Assembly (NCBI GenBank): GCA_025594325.1
Contig: JANHCV010000006.1
Coordinates: 248,001 to 312,000, forward strand
Length of the DNA: 64,000 bases
Origin: Blastocladiella emersonii ATCC 22665
Lineage: Eukaryota > Fungi > Blastocladiomycota
Direction: 5' to 3'
The notes under the pieces are model-generated. The model searched no databases. It was not told the DNA's origin and saw nothing but the letters and a program-made list of their open reading frames with translations. Below are positions 46,330 through 56,790 of the stretch, in pieces (position 1 is the stretch's first letter; each line of letters starts with the position of its first letter). The translations under genes were made by a program, and so were the position numbers.

Positions 46330-47400
46330 GCCTCGAGGTCACGCATTTCTACTCCCGCTTAGCAGCTTCCTCCACCCCCTCCACATCCAACTTCTCGCGA
46401 CACTTGAAAAATTGGCTAGCAGACCGTGGCCCACATCATTCGCGCGTTCACGGGCGCCGCAACCTCGCGTCCTTGAGAGCCTTTGAAGCACTTCGAGTGA
46501 TGATTTCGAGGGCCGACGCCGTTCCGGTCGACTTCGTTCTTCAACATGCCACGCATCGAGCCGCAAACCAAGACCGTGCGGTTGCACGCTTCCACCCTCA
46601 AAACCGCGCAGACTTGGATGCGGAACCAGTTTACGCTTCGGACTTCACCCGCGGCTACAAAGCGATGCGAGCATTCTAGCAGCTTTCGCGTGTGCAATCA
46701 GATCGGCCGTGTCATCATCCATCACCGAATCGATCCGGATCAGAATCGCAAGTGCTCGATCCGATCGCTGGTTGTTGTCAAAAAGAGTTGTGCCGTACAG
46801 GAGGACGACACCGATATGGCCAGAAAAGAACGTCAGGTTTCAGGTCACCTCATCTCAGCTGCGGCTACTTCATCGGAGAAGTGTTACCTGAACTTCGGTC
46901 CAGCTTGACACCGCTGAGACTCCATGCCGCAAGTGGCTTTCCAAAACGCTGGAACCGAGGGCGCCGTGTCGTACTTGGCAACATCCGGGGAATTGGGCCC
47001 GGCAGGGAGCAGGTTTGAGCGCGACGGCACGGCGGGTGGTAAACTTGGGATAGGTGACACTTCTGCCAGTCCACAAGCCGGCGGACTAGCGCACACGCCT
47101 GCACAGACGCGCTACAGTGCGCGTCCAAGAGTACCTGCCCTGACGGCGGTGGCCGCGATGGTCAGGAAACCAGCAGCTTTCAGGTGGCCGTTGCAGGTGG
47201 TTTTCTTGCTCTCCGTGTTCTCACAGATGGTTCAGGAGGAAGGTGAAGGTCAGCGAGCTGGGGTGGTCCTGAAGCACATTCGCGGAACCCGCACTGAATG
47301 AACAGTAGGTCAAACAGCGCGCGGTGGATGCGCGACAGGACGTTGCGAGCAGAATCGTCCACGCTGAGCTTGGGGGCTGGCTGACAACGATTGCCACCGC
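46330..47400 (-). pseudogene. Probable degenerate tyrosine recombinase, upstream of and co-oriented with the RT
   Basis: Fragments lie in different frames: FTFLLNHL (47224-47248) and KKTTCNGHLKAAGFL (47163-47207), resembling the SAM-like core-binding domain; VCAVLRVEACNRT (46575-46613), resembling CPV..L..Y..RT; IITRSASKALKDARL and GPRSAS (46415-46435), resembling box II H-x-x-R-SAS. There are many stops and frameshifts. Confidence 0.4.
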
Positions 47401-48529
47401 TGCGAAGCTTCTCCGCCCGACGCCTTTCCAGCTCGACCTCCATATCGGCCGAGAGCTTTTGAAGGGTCAGGAGAAGCTGGTCCATGCGGTGGTGGTGGTC
47501 GATTCCATCTGATTTCATGGAGTTTTGAGTCAAGGAGGATGTTGCAGCAAGTCGGTTTGATTCATTGGCGATGGAGCATGTAGTTGGTGCGGGTCAGCGC
47601 AAGTGAGTTTGCGCCAGTGGAAGCTGCAGGCCAATGCACGACGGAGCTCACGCGAAAGCCCTGTCCAATCGATCGACCCGCCTTTCCGCGTCGATCCATG
47701 AACCGCTGGGCAGCCATTGCCAAGTTTTGGTCCTCGTCGACTGGCCACCATAGTCGAAACAGATTGGGTTGGTGAACAGCAAGTCAAGTTCGACGATAGA
47801 GCAAGTGGTTGGCGATGTAATAGCAAGAAAGCGAGCGAGCGGCAGCCTCGTAGACGTGTCCTGCGCACGGGCGGCTCACGGCGCCGGTCCGCGAAGAGCC
47901 ACGATCAACCTAGGGGCAAGTTTGCATCAGCTTACATCTCTCGTTGCCAGTAGTTGCATGCGATAGTGGCGCGGGGTGCTTGCACCGTGGGGAGGAGAGA
48001 CTACTTCGAGATCGCTGGCGACCGAGGTAGCGTGTCGCGCTGCGTGTCGGGTCACGCGGGTGGCGCTTCGCGAGGCGATCCGATCCGCCCAACCTTCGCC
48101 GCGAGCCGAGTTGACACCCAAACGAGAGCAATGCCTCGGAGTCTATCAACTAACCGCAGAGAAGAGGAATGGCGCGGCTCCCGTGGGCGCGTCATGGTGT
48201 CTCTACCGCTCAGTGTCCACGATGGCAGTCGCGAAGCGACAGCCATCGTACGTTCCTGAGGTGGGTTTGCGGCTCGAGGATCATTGGACTCGTTTGCGGT
48301 GGTTTCCGTGAGCCGAGTCCAAATAACGCTGCCGTTAGTGGAGAAGCAGGTGGCCGAAGTCGGCAGAGCTTTCAGGATCGAGGGTGGGCAGCAAACGAAG
48401 CCATCGGGCATCGTCATCAGCGACGAGTCCATCAACGCTTGCCGACACGAACTCAACCGTCCCGTCGCTCACGCCAGACCAGATGTAGTGGTTGCAAATG
48501 CAGTAGTCAGTATATCCCCTCCATCATCA

Positions 48530-49081
48530 TCACAGCTCATCACCACGCGCACCACTCCGCGCCCCCGCGCGCGGGTTGAGTGCCGCGAGGTGCGCGGCGC
48601 ACGCTTCGGGCGCCGCGACGACAGCGCGCGAGACGCACGTGTACCAGTCGCCGTGGGTGCACTTGGTGGTGAGGGGCGGGCACGGGCAGTCGCGGGGTTC
48701 GCGGACGCAGACGCGCTTGGCGGCCGCCGCCGCAGCGGCCGCGGACTGTGGCGCGTTGGGTGACGCGGAGACGGCGGGCGGGAAGGGTGGGCACAGGTAG
48801 TCGGTGCACGAGGCTAGATGGGGCGAGAGGTCAGGGACACAGACTCGGCGCGCGGGCGCGGGTGCGGGTGTGGCGACGGCAGGCCGTGTAGTACCGATCT
48901 CGTCCTTGGACTCCTGTTGGCGCTTCTGCTGCTGCGCCTGCTGCTGCTGCTGGCGGTTGCCGCCCGTGAACATGTCGAAGAAGCCGAAGGCGGCGGCGGC
49001 GTGCAGGTGCGCCAGGACGACGACGAGGGCGAGCGCCAGGGCGAGCGCGGTGCGTGGGCGCGTCAGAGTCGATTGCATCAT
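48530..49081 (-). CDS. LCL2: Long chronological lifespan protein 2-like secretory-pathway protein, 2 exons
   Basis: Signal peptide, FGFFDMFTGG plus a Q-rich tract, and CTDYLCP..CVREPRDCPCP..KC..WYTCVS. The intron is 48814-48894. The protein ends in GDEL. Confidence 0.72.
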   Translation of the reverse strand: MMQSTLTRPRTALALALALVVVLAHLHAAAAFGFFDMFTGGNRQQQQQAQQQKRQQESKDEIGTTRPAVATPAPAPARRVCVPDLSPHLASCTDYLCPPFPPAVSASPNAPQSAAAAAAAAKRVCVREPRDCPCPPLTTKCTHGDWYTCVSRAVVAAPEACAAHLAALNPRAGARSGARGDEL

Positions 49082-49248
49082 GTTTCGTTGCGTGGTCAGA
49101 GCTCCGTGGTTGTGGATCGTGTTGCGAGAGGGAGAGCGAGGGCGCGAGAGCGGCGCGTCGGCGAGGAAGCGTCGCCACGGTCACGGCGGGCCTGAAACGG
49201 CAGAGTTGCTCTCCCCGTCGCTCGCTCTCCCCGCTCCCTACCCCTGCC

Positions 49249-51431
49249 ATGCATGCAACCACAACCACGACCATGACACTCTCCGCACCGCGGTGGGACG
49301 TGCACTCGCTGCTCGCCGTGAAGCGCGCGCTGGCCGCGGATCTGCCGCCGTCGCCGCCGCCCTCGCACCCTGCGCAGGCCGACTCGCCCCTGTCCACGCT
49401 GCTGGCGACGCGCCGCGAGCTGAGCATCTTTGGCGACGACGAGCCCGACGTCTCGATCATGTCGTCGGCCACCCACAGTCACCGGCTCGACCGCGCGCCC
49501 TCGAACCTGTCGATCGTCCCCGTCGAGGACTACACGGGCCTGCAGCACCAGCTCAGCGAGTGCCGCGCCGAGCTGCACGCCGTCCACGTCGAGAACCAGC
49601 GGCTGCAGGAGCAGGTGCGGAGTGCTGCCGCTTCTGCGTCGGCCGCGCCTGTCCCGGCGCCCGCCGTCGTGCAGGAGACCCGAGATGAGGAGGACCAGGA
49701 CAGGGGTTACGCGAACCTTATTCCCGCCACCTGCCCCGCCCCACCCTGACCCCGCCGAATCCCCGCGTGTAGAGTGCACGCAGTGCCTCGAGTACGAGTC
49801 GTACGTGACCCGCCTCGAGTCCGAATCCCTGGGCATGCGCTCGCGCGTCGCCGAGCAGGCCCACGAGATTGACGACCTGCGGGACCTTGTCCGCTCGCGC
49901 CGTGCCGCCTCCCCCTCCCCTTCCGAAGACCTCGCGCCGCAACTCGCCGCCGAACGCGCACGTTCTCAGGCGCTGCACGACGCAGTACTCTCCCTGCGCG
50001 AGGAACTCGACCGCGTGACCGAGTCCCGCACCTCGATCGCGCGGGAACACGCGTCCCTGTCCGCCGCGCGCGACGCGGCCGAGCGCGACCGCGACGCGTG
50101 GCGCGCGCGGTGCGGCGACCTCGAGCGGATCGCCGAGGAGGGCCGCCAGGCGATCGCCGACCGCGACGTCCTGACCGAGCAGCGGCGCGCGCTGCTCGCC
50201 AACTTCGACGCGCGGCTGCAGGCTGTCGAGGACGAGGAGCGCGCCGAGCGCGCGAGGCTGCAGCGCCAGCTCGACGCGCTGTCGCCCGAGTTCGAGGGGT
50301 TGCGCAACGCGCTGCATGTCGCGCAGCAGGATTTGAGTGGGGCGAGCGCGCTGGTGCGTGAGCTCGAGGCGGAGCTTACGGCGGAGAAGACGATGGGGGT
50401 TCATCTCCAGCGCGAGAATGCGGCGCTCGTGGATGAGGTCGAGCAGCTCAAGGTACCATTCCCCGCGCCTCATACCCGTGCGCGGTGACTGACTTTCGTC
50501 ATGATAGGTCGAACTCGACGCCAAACAGTCCGACACCGCCCAGCTCGCCGCGCTGCGCGCCGAGAACACGGACCTGCACCACAAGCTCGACCGCGCGCAG
50601 TCGCAGCTGCGCGTGCTGCAGGCCACCGTCGACCAGGTCATCCACAGCCCGCCGACGCGCGCCGGGTCCGTGTACGGCGGCGTCACTCCCTCCTCCTCAT
50701 CCTCTGCCGCGGGCACGCCCAAGACGGCCAGCCACCGCGTCTCGTGGGCCCCGTCGTCGTCCTCGGGATCCGCGATCCCCGTCCCCTCGAGTTCGTCGTC
50801 GTCGCGCCCGGGCTCCGTGACCCCCGAAACCACCTCTGCAGCATCGACCCCCGGCAGCAGCAACAGCTCGACGGGCCTCCGCCCGCCGTCCATCGCCAAC
50901 ATGCGCGCGCTCGCCCTGCACCACTCGGCGTCGCAGCCCAACCTGCGCGCCAGCGTCTCGGGACTGCGCCCGCCGTCCGCGACTGCATCGGGTGGCATGT
51001 CCCCGCCATCGTCGTCGGCGGGTACGGGATTCCGGTCGCCCATGGTCGCGTGGAGCGCCGGGCGGGACTCGCCCGTCGCGGCGGCGGCGGGAACCCAGAC
51101 ACAACCGCAGGGTCAGCAGGGCGGCGAGTCCCCGGCGTCGTCGGATGCGCGGTGGCGGCAGCACGTCGAGACGGCGCGGCAGCTCGAGGCTGGGTTGCGC
51201 GATTTACAGGCGCGCAAGGAGTCGGTACGTTGATGAGGTTCAAGAAGCGAGGCGGATGGAAGACTAACCCCCGCGCGCCGTGTGTAGCTGCAAGCCGACT
51301 ACGCGCGGATCCCGCTGACGCCGTCGTCGACGAACCGGCGGCGCAAGGAAGAGCTCGAGGGCCGGCTGGACGCCGTGGACCGCGAGATTGGGAGTGTGCG
51401 GATGAAGCTCAAGGCGATGCATTTCCCGTGA
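49249..51431 (+). CDS. Coiled-coil protein with MPHOSPH9-like C-terminal domain, 4 exons
   Basis: Introns lie at ~49706-49772, ~50453-50507 and ~51226-51287. There is a long central coiled coil and a Ser-rich region. The C-terminus is LQADYARIPLTPSSTNRRRKEELEGRLDAVDREIGSVRMKLKAMHFP. Confidence 0.7.
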
Positions 51432-51494
51432 TGATACAAAACTTGCTTTACATTCCCGACCGTGCTTCCACATTCCTCTTCTGCGCGATACAGC

Positions 51495-53435
51495 TCACGC
51501 GAGCGCAACCGGCTTGACGTACGCGGTCGGGAAATACCCAACCTTGTCCGTCCCCGCGACACGGCCCTGGGACCACTCCTCGTCGAGCGGCGCGATTTCC
51601 ACAACAAGCTGGCCGGGCACCAGGACCAGCTCCTCGGCGTCCGCCGCCGCGTACGCGAACTCGGCCGTCGCGACCGCATCGGGCCGGTCGGCCGCCAGCA
51701 CCAGCGGCGCGACGGGGTCGAGGTACGTCGACGGACACAGGCCGCGGAGGCCCGTGCCGAGCGACTCGACCACGTTCCACCCCTCGGCCGCCTCGATCAG
51801 GTACACCACGTCGCCCACCGAAAGCGCGATCTCGGTCGCGTCCTCGGGCACCCACGGGTGCGCGGCGACGTACATGTTGCCGAGCGTGCGGTCGATCTCG
51901 ATCGGCGCGGGCGCGGCGGCGACGGGTTCAGGGACGATGGGCTCGGGCTCGGGCTCGGGTGCGGGAGCAGGAGCAGGAGCAGCAGCGACAGGCATGCGGG
52001 GAGGCAGCGCGGGCGGGGCAGGCGACTCGTTGCGCGGCGGGAGCGCCGGCGGCGGCGGGGTCGGTTCGCGCGCGGGCTCGGGTTCGGGCTCGTACTGCAC
52101 AGGCTCGGCCTCCGGCTGCGGCTCCGGTTCCGGCTGCGGCTCCGGCTCGGGCTCCACGACAGGCGCGGGTGGCGAAGGGACCGGGGCGGGCGCAGGGGCA
52201 GGTGGGGAGACATGAACCGGGCGAGGCGCGGGGGCCGGAGCCGGTGCAGCTGCAGCGACCGTGGGGTTTCCCGCGAGCGCGTTGGTCCCCGCGGGCGTCG
52301 CCTTGACGATGGGCGGCGGGATCGACGGCGTGTTGCCGACCGTCCACTTGCGCGTCGTCTTGGGCGACGTGAGCGGGCTAGTCGTCGCCGAGGACGACGT
52401 GGACAGCGACTTGAACCGGGCCGACATGGCGGCGACGCCCGACGCGGGCGCAGCGGCCTCAACGACGTCCACGTTCTCGCGGCTGCGGCGCGCGCTGCGC
52501 AGGGCCTGCTCCTCGCGGTACTCTTCCTCCTCGCGGGCCTGGCGCGCCTTGATCATGGCGGCGAGCTCGGCGTCGCGCGCCGACTTGCCGTCACCGCCGC
52601 CTGACGCCTCGTCGGCCGAGTTGGACGTGGCGCGGGCGAGGTCCGGCGCGGCAAACGCGGCGGCGGACGGCGTGAAGGTGCGTTTAGTGGGAGCGCCGAT
52701 GGACGACGCGTTGGCGGCGTAAGCGGCGGCCGAGGGCGCGAAGATGGGCTTGGTCGCGACGGGGCGCGGCGCGGCCACGGGAGCGGGAGCCGGGCGGGGC
52801 GCCATGGCGGGGGGCGCGGCCACGGAGCGCGTCACGACGGGCTTGGCAACGGGCCCCGGCGCGGGACGCGGCGCCATGGTCGTCGGCGCGGTGGTGCGGG
52901 TGACGGGCGCGGGACGGAGCACGGGCGCGACGGGGGCGGACGCGGCCGGGTTCTGGTAGTGGAACGAGTATTTGGCGCCGGTCTGGACCTTTTCGCGGAT
53001 GACGGCGGGGTCGACGTCCGACTCGTCGCGGGCGAGGATGCGGACGTGGTAGCCGGCGAAGAAGGACGACGCAGACTCGAGGTGCGACGGGAAGTGCGAC
53101 TTGCGCATGGCGGGGACGCCCTCGCCGCACTGTGGTGAGACGAGTTAGTGAAGGGGCGCAAGGACGTGTAAGCAAGAAACAAGTACCCAGCAGATGAGGA
53201 CGAGCTTGGGCAGGCCCGAGTTGGGGTCGGTGACGCGCACGAACGCGTACTGCTCCTTGGAGTACTCGAGGGCGTCGAGCAGGTCGTCGAGGCCGCCGTC
53301 CCCGACCTCGTCGAGGTGCATCTCGCCGCTGGCCACGGCCGACGCCACGACGTACGTGGCGCTCGCGTCGCCCGACCGCACGCGCTCGAGCGCGGCGCGG
53401 ATCGCGGTGCCGTCCTGCAGGAAGCTGAGCGACAT
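51495..53435 (-). CDS. ABP1: Actin-binding protein Abp1/drebrin-like (ADF-H domain, Pro-rich linker, two SH3 domains), ~627 aa
   Basis: The ADF-H region reads GDGGLDDLLDAL..QYAFVRVTDPNSGLPKLVLICW|CGEGVP..GAKYSFH, with an intron at 53130-53186. The SH3 domains read AAHPWVPEDATEIAL..EGW..GLCPSTY and AEFAYAAADAEELV..EEWSQG..GYFPTAYV. Confidence 0.9.
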
Positions 53436-53781
53436 GTGTGGTTGTTGATACGTTGCTTACTAGTTACTGGTTCGTTGGTTGGGGAGAGAGGGGGGATCGC
53501 GCGCCAAGGGGCGCCAAGAGGCGCACGCTGCCCGCCAACGTCGAAGTCGAAGCAGCCAAGGAAAGAAACGCGTCGATCGGCGCACCCCCGAAACCAGCTG
53601 GTTTCGGTCACCTGATGCTAGCCGAGCGGGTTTCTCCTCCCCGAGATGACGCGCATGCATGCACGCTTGGGGCCGGAAAGCTTGCTCCCGCTGCACTCAT
53701 CGTTGCTCCACTCCTCCCCCCGACCGGTGCCACTTGCTGCATCGCGCCCGGCACTCTCCGTGCGCGCGTCCTCTCGACATA

Positions 53782-56700
53782 ATGGAACCCAACGGCGGCG
53801 CACCTGGATCGGCGTCGGCCCCACCACCGCCGCCCGCGGCCGCCGCTCCGGCTCCGGCTCCGGCTCCGGCCACGCCCGCCACCACCGCGGCCGCCGCGGA
53901 CCCGCCGGCGCAGATCCCGCCCGGCGCGCTCCCGCCGCGCCTCGACCGGCTGCGGCAGCGGACCGTCGAGAACCCGCTCGACTACGACGCGTGGCGGCTG
54001 CTGGCGACCGAGTACCCGGGCACGCCCGCGGGCCGCGCCGACCCGGCCGCCGTCAACGCGCTGTTCGAGCGCATCGTGCGCCTGTTCCCCTACGGCACGC
54101 GCATCTGGTCCATGTACATCGACTTCACGGTCCACACCGCCCGCGACGACCACGAGGCCATCTCGCGGCTGTTTGCCCGCTCGCTCAGGGCGGTCCACTC
54201 GCTCGACCTCTACCGCGTCTACCTGCAGTACATCCGCAAGCAGCACCCCTTCAACGGCTCCGAGCTCGAGGTCGCCCACGCCCGCTCCGTCGTCATCCAG
54301 GCCTACGAGTTTGTGCTGGGCGATGTCGCCCACGACCGCGACGTCGGCCCGCTGTGGCTCGAGTACATTGCCCTGCTCAAGACCGTCGCCGTGTCCAACC
54401 AGTTCGAGGAGCAGCGCAAGCTCGACGAGCTCTCGGCCGTCTACCAGCGCGCCATCGCCTTCCCGCACGCCAACGTCGAGCCCATCTGGCGCGAGTGGGA
54501 GGTGTTCGAGAACGGCCGCAACAAGCTCGCCGCCCGCAAGATCATCCAGGACCGCGTCCAGACCTTTGTCGCCTCGCGCAACGGCTTCCGCGCCCTGCGC
54601 TCCTTCTGGGACGCCGTCGACAAGTTCGCCCCCGTCACCACCGCGCCCACCTTTGCCTCCGCCGAAAAGGCCCAGCTCGCCGCCTGGCGCGCCCTCATCG
54701 ACTGGGAAAAGGGCAACGCCCTCAAGATCGACGACCCCAACGTCCGCTACGCCCGCGTCGCATGGGCCTACTGGCAGGCCATCGGCGCCATGACCCGCTT
54801 CCCCGAGCTGTGGTACGAGTTTGCCGCCTTTGCCTCGGCCGCCGGTCGGCCCGACGACGCGCTCAACATCCTCAAGTCCGCCGCCGACGTGTGCGACGGA
54901 AGGTACTTTTCATTCTCGGTCCGTAGCCGTGGACCTGGCTCTCACTGTCGCCTCCTCCGTGTATTCCGCTTTGACCCGTTCGTCAACGACTCGCACTCGC
55001 GCAACTACTGCTCGACTCGACTCGACTCGACTCGGACGCCTGTCACTCCTACCCTCCCACTTTCCCCGTCGCTGCTGCCGCTGCTGCTGGTGCTGCCGCA
55101 TTCTTTCAACACGAACTGCTTGCTACCCTCTCCTCTTGCGTCCCCCGTCTCGTGAACTGTCCCCGGCTCGGCTCGTGTGAATGTCTCTCTCCCTCCTCGC
55201 GTACGTGTCCCTTGTTCCGCCACGTCGTCGTCGCTACCGCGGTGTAGCTACCTCGTGCACTTCTCGCTCGCCGACATGTACGAGGCCAAGGGCGACAAGC
55301 CCAACTGCACCGCGACCTACGAGCGGCTCGTCGCGTACTGGACCGCCAAGGCCGAGACCCTCATCAAGCAGCACGCGCTGACGCCCGAGGAAGCCGCCGC
55401 TCTCCCGTCCGCCGTCGCCGCGGCCCAGGGCGGCACGCCCATCGACACCGAGCGCCTGGCGGACGCCGACCGCGCGGCGCTCGACGAGGCGCGCCACGCC
55501 GTGTCGCTCGCGTGGATCATGTACATGCGCATGGCCGCGCGCACCGGCGGCGTCGGCGAGATGCGCGGCGTGTTCCGGCGCGCGCGCAACCCGGACACGC
55601 GCACGTGGCAGGTGATCGTGGCGTCGGCGCTGCTGGAGTACCACCGTGGGCCCAGCGAGTCCGCGCTCACGGTGCCCAAGAAGATCTTCGCGTTCGCGTG
55701 CCAGGCGTTCCCCGCGGACCCCGCGCCCGTCCTCGCCTTCGCCGACTGGCTGCTCGGCACCCGCGACCACGTCAACGCCGTGTCGACGCTCGTCAAGGCC
55801 ATCAACAGCCCCGCGATGCCTGACGACGCGAAACGCGTGCTCGCCCACCGCCTTGCGCGCGTCCACGCCGAGGTCTCGGACCTCCGCACCCTCGCCCAGT
55901 TCGAGGCCGAGATCCAGGCGCAATTCCCCGCCGAGTCTAACACCGTCGACCACGCGCGCCGCCGGTACGCGTTCATGGACCTCGACCTCGTCGCCGCGCG
56001 CGATTTGGGGTTGCCCGCGGGCCCCGCGGCGCTCGCGTCCGCACTCGCCTTCTCGCCCGACCTCGCCGCGGGGCTCGGCGGCGTCGGCGAGTCGGTCCTC
56101 GCCAAGACGCTCGCGCGGTCCGGCAGCAGTTTCCTCGGTCTCAACCTCGCCGCCACCTCGGGTCAGTCTGGCTCCGCGCCCGCCGTCTCGTCCTCCGACA
56201 CCACCAACCCCGCTCAGCAGCAAGGTGACGACGCGGGTAGCGGCCGCGACACCCCGCGCCGCCGCGTGCTCGACGACTGGGTCGCCCCCGCACACGTGGC
56301 CGCGCCCGACGTGTCGCGGGCCTCCGGGTGGGCCGCGTACCGCCCGCCCCGCATGACCGACGACGAGGAGCGCGCACTCAACGACCGCCACCGCCAGCTC
56401 GTCGCCGCCGCGATGCGCGAGGAGCGCGAGATGCGCCAGGCGCGGGCGGCGGCTGCTGCCGCTGCTCCGCCCGCGGCGCGTGATGACGATCGCCACCGTG
56501 GCCCGGCCAGTGGTGGGCCCGCCCCGCCGCCGCCCGTCAACCCGACCGAGGTGCTCCTGGGCCATGTCGCGATGCTCCCGCCCGCGGCGGACTTTATTGG
56601 GCCGTTTGTGGATGTCGTCGGCCTGCTCCGGATCGTCGGCGATCTCGCGCTCCCGCCGCCCGGCGCGTACAGCGCGGGTGGCAGCGGTGGTGGGTCGGGC

Positions 56701-56790
56701 GACGCGGACCGCGGTGACCCGCGCCGCCGCAAGCGGCCGCTTGACGATCCCGCGACGGCGGCGGGTGGGGCGAAGCGGTACCGGTCGTGA
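53782..56790 (+). CDS. RNA14: mRNA 3'-end processing factor Rna14/CstF-77 (HAT repeats, Suf domain), 2 exons
   Basis: Motifs: ENPLDYDAW, FERIVRLFP, LYRVYLQYIRK, AYEFVL, YQRAIAFP, WRALIDWEKGN, FPELWYEFA, AWIMYMR..R.VF.RAR, ALLEY and FAQFEAE..DL. The intron is 54903-55247. Confidence 0.92.

Noticed and set aside
46400-47020. Tyrosine recombinase on the plus strand (AFEALRV, LHASTLKTAQT)
   Set aside because: These are isolated weak matches with no H-x-x-R or ordered motif series. The minus-strand fragments fit better.
55010-55040. (ACTCG)n run in the long RNA14 intron, and (GACCGC)n in the UPF0014 intron
   Set aside because: Ordinary intronic microsatellites with no further structure.
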